IMG/VR virus record: IMGVR_UViG_3300017971_000272
Location: 1-64,000 of that record
From: a virus
Strand: one strand, 5' to 3'
DNA length: 64,000 nucleotides
The notes under the pieces are model-generated. The model was not told the origin of the DNA. It saw nothing but the letters and a program-made list of their open reading frames with translations, and did no database searches. This document shows positions 58,469 through 64,000 of this stretch, one piece after another; the first letter of the stretch is position 1, and each line of letters starts with the position of its first letter. Position numbers and translations under genes: made by a program.

Positions 58469-58779
58469 ATTATATTTTCTCCTTTATTAAATACAAATAA
58501 TCAGTTCTTCTTCAACTGTTATTGTTTTTTCTGTTTCTGACATTTCGGTATGAAGACCAAAATTATCATAAGAACCTAAGTATATGAAAACGCCATTATC
58601 AAATTCATAAACTTGTCCATATACATCATCAAAGTGATATTTCATGATAATGTCTCCCTGTTTTTATAAATAATTTAAATAGTTTTATTATTCCAATGAG
58701 CAAATCTCCATAAATGAGGTCTGAATCTCCAAATATAATTTAACAGTTAAATTGGCAAATCCTCATAAATGGTTTTATA

Positions 58780-59109
58780 CTAACCATTTATTAAAATTGA
58801 CAATGGATCGAAATTTTCAGGTGTTTCAATTACGGTTTCAGTGTTTTCAGCCATAAGCTTATCAATGTTTTTTTGGATTGCATTAATAAGTTTTTTATTT
58901 TCTTCAATACGACATTCAAGATTCCAGATTAATTGACTTTTGCGAGTATGAAAACCGTATTCAATTTTAATTTGTTGGGCTTTAGTTTTCTTAACTCTTT
59001 TGATTTCGGTTTTGATATTGTCATTATGTTCTTTAAGTTCGCTAATTCTGATTTCTTTATTCATAATTTCGATTGCGGTTTCTGCATCAACAAATTCTAA
59101 AGTTTTCAT
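58780..59109 (-). CDS. Coiled-coil early protein
   Basis: Directly downstream of a promoter cassette with AGGGAG SD. Confidence 0.75.
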   Translation of the reverse strand: MKTLEFVDAETAIEIMNKEIRISELKEHNDNIKTEIKRVKKTKAQQIKIEYGFHTRKSQLIWNLECRIEENKKLINAIQKNIDKLMAENTETVIETPENFDPLSILING

Positions 59110-59129
59110 ATTTTTTATCTCCCTGTTTG

Positions 59130-59178
59130 GTTACTCTTGATTACAGTTATACAGAAGATTAAAAATAAAGTCAACCCT
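59130..59178 (-). promoter_or_regulatory. Promoter cassette copy
   Basis: TTGACT(59169-59174)-N17-TATAAC(59146-59151). Confidence 0.88.
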
Positions 59179-59190
59179 GTTTATTAATTT

Positions 59191-61125
59191 TTATTCATAT
59201 TTTTTCAATAAAATATTTAACATTTCAAATTCACTAAAATCATCCCCATCTAAAATCTTATTAATCACTTTTTCTTTTTCTTGTAATAGATGCATGATAT
59301 CTTCTTCAATAGTGTTTTTAGCTATCAAATACCAAACATTCACAGCATTCTTTTGTCCGATACGATGACACCGATCAGCAGCTTGAGAATGTAAAGAAGG
59401 TGTCCATCCGAGTTCAAGGAACACAACATTACTTGCAGCAGTTAAAGTGATGCCCACACCAGCAGCTTTGATATTGCCCACAAAAATCTTTATATTTGAA
59501 TCATTTTGGAATGTATCTACTATTTGTTGACGTTTATTAGCCTGTACACTTCCATCAATTTTAACCGCCTTATGGCCATATCTTTTCATTAATTCATTAA
59601 TAACATGCTTATGTGTAGCAAATACTACAAGCTTCTCGTCTGATCCCTCTAAGAAGTCATCAATCCATTGGATACATTGTTTCAGCTTGCCATTAACAGC
59701 TACTTGTTTCAATGCCTCAATTCTTGAAAGAGTTTGTGCGTTTTGTGCCTTAGATGCTGCTTTACTGCCTTTAGTTTCTCTTACCCATTCAATAAAATCT
59801 GTTTCAGCTCTGCTATATTCCTTCATATTGTTCAGTTCTAAAGGCAGTAGAGTCTTTATTTTATCCGGTAGATCTGTAAGCACCTCTTCTTTTTTACGTC
59901 TTAGCATGATTGTATTGGTTAATAAGTCATGTAATTCTTCATGATTTGAAGAGCCATTATAATTCCAGCTAAAACCATCAAATTTTAAATCACAAAACTT
60001 CTTTCCATATTGTGTTTTAGATTTAAATGTTTCGGGATCGAGTATTTGCAACATATTAAATATTTCAATTGGTCTGTTTTCAATTGGAGTACCAGATAAT
60101 CCAATTACATGATCTATCTTTTTACATACGTTTTTAACTGCTTTTGTTCTTATAGCTTTTGAATTTTTTATCATATGAACTTCATCAGCTACTACAGCTT
60201 TTAATTTTACCTTTTTTAATTCCTTTAGCCATGCATTCAAAATATCGTAATTAATAATATAAATATCTTTTTTTGGAAGATCATACGTCTTTTTACCATT
60301 AATAATGTGTATAGATTTATCTCCGGTAGTTATTTTAAATTCTTTTTCCCAATTATATTTTACAGATGCAGGACATATGATCAATGCAGGTCTAATTTCA
60401 GGATGTAGATGCAAGTAACTGATTGATTGGATACTTTTTCCCAAACCCATATCATCCGCAATCAAGGCTCTGCCATTTTTAAGATTTAAAAAAGAAACAC
60501 CTTGTTTTTGAAACTTGAAAGGCTCCCTTAATAATCCAGGAACCTTAGTTTCTGGAAGTTCGTTTTGATTAATCTTATTTCTTTTTAGCCATTTCTTAAC
60601 TTTTGGATGTAGTTTGAAATCTAATTCTTTCAGTTTTTCAATGTTAGCTACTGTACAATTAGATATCCATCTTGGCTTAGGTTCTTTTTCAAACTTTCTA
60701 TCTATTAAATGTTCTTTGATATCGGATACTGTTTCATAGCAGAATGGGAAAGTGATGATGAGTTGATTATCCATCAATTTAACATACTTTCCAGAGCTAT
60801 CATAAAATTTAGTTCTTTTTCTTTTAACTTTAGGAGTTGGATTATTATTTGGCATAGGATCAATCTTAAGAGCTATTAATTGATTTTTATATTTTTTAAT
60901 AGCCTTTCTAACTGTTTCTATCTGTTTATGTGATAATCTATTATACCGTAAATAGAATTCACTAATGCTGGATAAAATAGCAGCATCAACAGCATTAAAT
61001 CCTTTGCCATTTTGATAATGAGTGCTTTTACCATGCTGTTCATCTATTTCTTGTTGGCTGTAAATAGCCAACAAAGCACCTATCAAAAATTCATCATCTG
61101 TTTTTATTCTGTCAACAATATCCAT
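59191..61125 (-). CDS. SNF2-family (SMARCAL1/HARP-like) helicase
   Basis: ADDMGLGKS, ICPASV..NW, DEVH, LSGTPIENRP, GVGITLT, QAADRCHRIGQ. Confidence 0.93.
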   Translation of the reverse strand: MDIVDRIKTDDEFLIGALLAIYSQQEIDEQHGKSTHYQNGKGFNAVDAAILSSISEFYLRYNRLSHKQIETVRKAIKKYKNQLIALKIDPMPNNNPTPKVKRKRTKFYDSSGKYVKLMDNQLIITFPFCYETVSDIKEHLIDRKFEKEPKPRWISNCTVANIEKLKELDFKLHPKVKKWLKRNKINQNELPETKVPGLLREPFKFQKQGVSFLNLKNGRALIADDMGLGKSIQSISYLHLHPEIRPALIICPASVKYNWEKEFKITTGDKSIHIINGKKTYDLPKKDIYIINYDILNAWLKELKKVKLKAVVADEVHMIKNSKAIRTKAVKNVCKKIDHVIGLSGTPIENRPIEIFNMLQILDPETFKSKTQYGKKFCDLKFDGFSWNYNGSSNHEELHDLLTNTIMLRRKKEEVLTDLPDKIKTLLPLELNNMKEYSRAETDFIEWVRETKGSKAASKAQNAQTLSRIEALKQVAVNGKLKQCIQWIDDFLEGSDEKLVVFATHKHVINELMKRYGHKAVKIDGSVQANKRQQIVDTFQNDSNIKIFVGNIKAAGVGITLTAASNVVFLELGWTPSLHSQAADRCHRIGQKNAVNVWYLIAKNTIEEDIMHLLQEKEKVINKILDGDDFSEFEMLNILLKKYE

Positions 61126-61473
61126 TTGTCCTTTCCTATCCCTATAAAGATATTGAAAAATGTTAAAAATTTTAAATTAAGTTTAATACTTTATTAATGT
61201 TAAGAGCTAAAAATAAGTTATCTGTGATTATAACAGACACATGGCTTCCTGAAATACAAAAATCCTCCACATATAAACAGTCCTTGTTAATACAACTGGA
61301 AAAATCAGATAGGAATTCTTTAATATTTGTTTCAAATTTAGTTACTGGATATTCCAATCTTACTCTTTTTCTTTTTTCATTGTTTTGTTTTAGTTTTAAA
61401 TATCTATAAGCTCTATCTTTATTAATTAACATTTTGATCACCTAACCAATTTATTCACTTTTCCATTAAGGGT

Positions 61474-61677
61474 TTATTTTTTAAATTTTTTAAGAATGTC
61501 TATATATGTCTCTTCTGTGGTTAAATACTTTCTAACAGCATTGTTTATAATTTTAGAACGATTCTTATGGCCTATGTAATTTGATGTAATGTATTCCAAT
61601 TGTTTTTTTAAATCATTATCTATCATAAAATTAATCTGACTCTTAGTAATTCCTTTTGGTCTTCCCGGTTTTGCCAT
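61474..61677 (-). CDS. Small DNA-binding regulator (GRP + ribbon-helix-helix-like)
   Basis: PGRPKG, INFMID.DL, NRSKIINNAV; GGAGG SD. Confidence 0.65.
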   Translation of the reverse strand: MAKPGRPKGITKSQINFMIDNDLKKQLEYITSNYIGHKNRSKIINNAVRKYLTTEETYIDILKKFKK

Positions 61678-61858
61678 TAATTAGCCTCCTTTTTCTTACA
61701 TATTTTTTCATATGTGTGTTGAAATGGGGTATACTCTTTGCCTCCAAATATTAAATGTAATTCTTCATTAGTAAGCCAATTGTATTGATGAGATCGCATT
61801 TTTTGAACTCCTCTTTTTGATTTCTTTCTTCTTCTTTTGTTCATTTTGAGATCTCCTT

Positions 61859-62047
61859 TTATTTAGTACGGGTTCTGATAGTTCTTTTACCCGTTGTTTT
61901 TCTTTTGGTTTCCTCTTTTTTAGCTTGATTGCAATACTGATCACAAACTCCACATGATTTATACATTCTTCGATATCTGCATTGTTTCAAGTTAATAGCA
62001 GTACTAAATTGTGAACATTTAAATATGTGTTTTTTGATATCAGCCAT
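61859..62047 (-). CDS. Small Cys-rich basic protein
   Basis: C..C..CxxC.Q; ends RTIRTRTK. Confidence 0.6.
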   Translation of the reverse strand: MADIKKHIFKCSQFSTAINLKQCRYRRMYKSCGVCDQYCNQAKKEETKRKTTGKRTIRTRTK

Positions 62048-62049
62048 TT

Positions 62050-62622
62050 TTATTCGCCTTTCAGATCCTTTATTAGATTAATCTTTTCACTGTCTGAAAA
62101 GATGCCTTGCTCCTTTTGTTCCTCATAATATATTGTTTTAGCCAATCCTCCAGAGTATTGATTGTTGATACGATTCCCTTCCATGCTATAACAGTCACTA
62201 AATGGGAACTCTTCATTGTCCTCATCATATTGATAATAACAACCTGATATGCTATCGGTAGATTCATGATAATCAAACATATAGAATCTATCATATGGAC
62301 CTGCTTCATCCAGCAATAAATATTGCTGGTAATCATCATCCCATCTAAGCATAACAAGCTCCCCTTCTATATCATTACCAACTAAATGTCCATTATCAAA
62401 AGTGCCAAATGTATAGGATCGAGTATTCACATATCCATCAACATGATAAATAAATACCCATTTGCCTATAAATTTATCTAAGTCTGAATTATAGGTTTGG
62501 TTTTGATGACTGCTTTGATTGCTTATTACTTGCTGCTTGTTTTCATTTTTCTTTTCAACATTGCTTCCACATCCATAAATTAATACCGCCATAGTTAAAG
62601 TTAAAATAATAGATCTTTTCAT
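62050..62622 (-). CDS. Lipoprotein
   Basis: Signal peptide II with IYGC lipobox; AGGAGG SD. Confidence 0.75.
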   Translation of the reverse strand: MKRSIILTLTMAVLIYGCGSNVEKKNENKQQVISNQSSHQNQTYNSDLDKFIGKWVFIYHVDGYVNTRSYTFGTFDNGHLVGNDIEGELVMLRWDDDYQQYLLLDEAGPYDRFYMFDYHESTDSISGCYYQYDEDNEEFPFSDCYSMEGNRINNQYSGGLAKTIYYEEQKEQGIFSDSEKINLIKDLKGE

Positions 62623-62637
62623 GATTACTTCCTCCTT

Positions 62638-62916
62638 TTATGATACTTGGTTGTAATATTGGTTCATGCGTTTTGCATGGACTTTGTCAAAATATTCTTC
62701 ATCATATAACCAGTTAAATACGTTTTGTGCAAATTGGGAATTGATATCTTCTTTGGAAAATGAAGCTATTACCTTGCCTCTTCTGGAAATATTACGAAGT
62801 TTAACAGAATTATCTTGAAAACAAAGAACTCTTCTTTTACCATCAACTTTGAATGCAAATTCTTTATTATCAGAAAAAACTTTTTTAATGGCTTTTTTAA
62901 ATTCATTTAAGTTCAT
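62638..62916 (-). CDS. Hypothetical early protein
   Basis: Start re-placed at ATG 62916 (AAGGAG SD) below the promoter at 62951-62979. Confidence 0.7.
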   Translation of the reverse strand: MNLNEFKKAIKKVFSDNKEFAFKVDGKRRVLCFQDNSVKLRNISRRGKVIASFSKEDINSQFAQNVFNWLYDEEYFDKVHAKRMNQYYNQVS

Positions 62917-62950
62917 ATTTGTCTCCTTTGTTTGGTTAATCTTAAGTACA

Positions 62951-62979
62951 GTTATACAGGAAAATATAAATAAAGTCAA
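62951..62979 (-). promoter_or_regulatory. Promoter cassette copy (leftward arm)
   Basis: TTGACT-N17-TATAAC. Confidence 0.85.
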
Positions 62980-63094
62980 CCCTCTTTATTAAATTTTTAA
63001 TGTTTTTTTAAAAATTATTTTATTTAGCACAGTCTATGTTTTTTATATCCTCTATATACAAATCAATTTATTTTTAATTTTATTAATTTTATGC

Positions 63095-63123
63095 TTGATT
63101 ATTACATTTTTTTAATTTATGAT
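63095..63123 (+). promoter_or_regulatory. Divergent rightward promoter
   Basis: TTGATT-N17-TATGAT. Confidence 0.55.
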
Positions 63124-63185
63124 GTTTTTCAAGTCATAAAAATTGACTCAAACCTATATAAATCAATACACAAGGAGAACAAAAA

Positions 63186-63989
63186 ATGAGTAAAGACACC
63201 AAAAAAAAGGCTAAAACCACATCTAAAAAGAAATCATCAGCAGCAACTAAAAAATCTACGGGCAAAAAAACATTAACTAAAAAAACCACAAAGAAAAAAA
63301 CAGGTTTTTCTTTGGGAGATTACATGGATGTTATTTATGAAATGAATGATGTCTTCGGTTTGAATCCTCCCATTCCAGATCAGGATAATGAAAAAGATGC
63401 CATTGAAGAGATTAAATCATCTGCTGAATTGATGGAAAGTGATGATATATCTAAATTTACAGAGAAAGCAATAAAAACTTTGAAGCATTTGGAAATTGAT
63501 CTTCCTGAAGCTGAAGAAGAATCTGAAGAAGAAGCTGACGATGATAATCAAGATGTAGATGATGATTCCTCAGATGATTCCTCAGATGATTCCTCAGATG
63601 ATTCCTCAGATGATTCCTCAGATGATGACGACGATGATGATGATGACGAAGAGAAAGAAGATAAAAAAACAAAAGCTAAAAAAGCTACTAAAAAATCTAA
63701 AGATAAAAAGGAAGATAAAAAAGCTTCTACAAAAGATAAAGATAAAACAAATGAAAAGAAGCCCAAAACTAAAAAGGGACCAAGCCCATACGGTTTAACT
63801 GTGGAAATCATGTGTAAAAAACCAGATATGGACACAGATGATTTGAAAAAACAACTTGAAAAAGCAGGTATAGACACTGCTGAATCTAAAGCTGCTATAG
63901 GCACAGGTATTACAACTGTACGTCGTTTAATTTCCATGCTTAGTGCTAATGGGCATACCAAAAAGAAATGGAATTTTTCTAAAAAATAG
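63186..63989 (+). CDS. Lys-rich/acidic low-complexity protein, possibly nucleoid-associated
   Basis: AAGGAG SD; alternating K-rich and D/E/S tracts; (GATGATTCCTCA)x5 at 63561-63620. Confidence 0.75.
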   Translation: MSKDTKKKAKTTSKKKSSAATKKSTGKKTLTKKTTKKKTGFSLGDYMDVIYEMNDVFGLNPPIPDQDNEKDAIEEIKSSAELMESDDISKFTEKAIKTLKHLEIDLPEAEEESEEEADDDNQDVDDDSSDDSSDDSSDDSSDDSSDDDDDDDDDEEKEDKKTKAKKATKKSKDKKEDKKASTKDKDKTNEKKPKTKKGPSPYGLTVEIMCKKPDMDTDDLKKQLEKAGIDTAESKAAIGTGITTVRRLISMLSANGHTKKKWNFSKK

Positions 63990-64000
63990 GAGAATCACTT

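Noticed and set aside
1-64000. Genome-wide TGA reassignment as the explanation for the UGA at 22383
   Set aside because: TGA ends genes normally, often as ATGA overlaps (16714-16717, 17957-17960, 34460-34463, 52366-52369), and long genes are intact under the standard code.
1-64000. tRNA, rRNA, integrase/att site or IS element
   Set aside because: None recognised by eye. A tRNAscan-SE/Infernal run is needed to exclude atypical RNAs.

Overview
AT-rich segment of a tailed dsDNA bacteriophage (siphovirus-like, HK97-fold capsid, long tape measure). No integrase, tRNA, CRISPR array or reverse transcriptase was seen. 1-3376 (+): end of a DNA-metabolism arm (thymidylate synthase, C-terminal half of an SbcC/Rad50-like ATPase, small ORFs). 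3377-62916 (-), read right to left: promoter-cassette early genes, SNF2 helicase, endonuclease V, primase, two paralogous initiator-like wHTH proteins, DnaB-like helicase, QueD/QueE, TerS, dCMP deaminase, TerL, patatin, portal, MuF/gp7 head protein with an intein, scaffold, major capsid and cement, fibre/decoration genes, a sensor/STAS/bacterioferritin/Cys-His-rich accessory block, endolysin and holin, neck, tail tube, frameshifted tail chaperone, tape measure and tail tip. 63186 onward (+) starts a divergent arm. Best observations: (1) an Ala1 intein in the head protein whose endonuclease gene lies on the opposite strand, codon-aligned, with its own SD, both frames fully open; (2) an in-frame UGA followed by a hairpin inside a Cys/His-rich gene whose downstream part has no start codon (selenocysteine or readthrough candidate); (3) several structured non-coding elements (interleaved inverted repeats upstream of the replication genes, a GGA-rich stand-alone sRNA, an anti-SD junction before the tail chaperone, CGGWG-loop hairpins around the scaffold gene); (4) a short R-x-R-T-K/R motif shared by six unrelated proteins. 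All product calls come from motif recognition by eye; no database searches were run.
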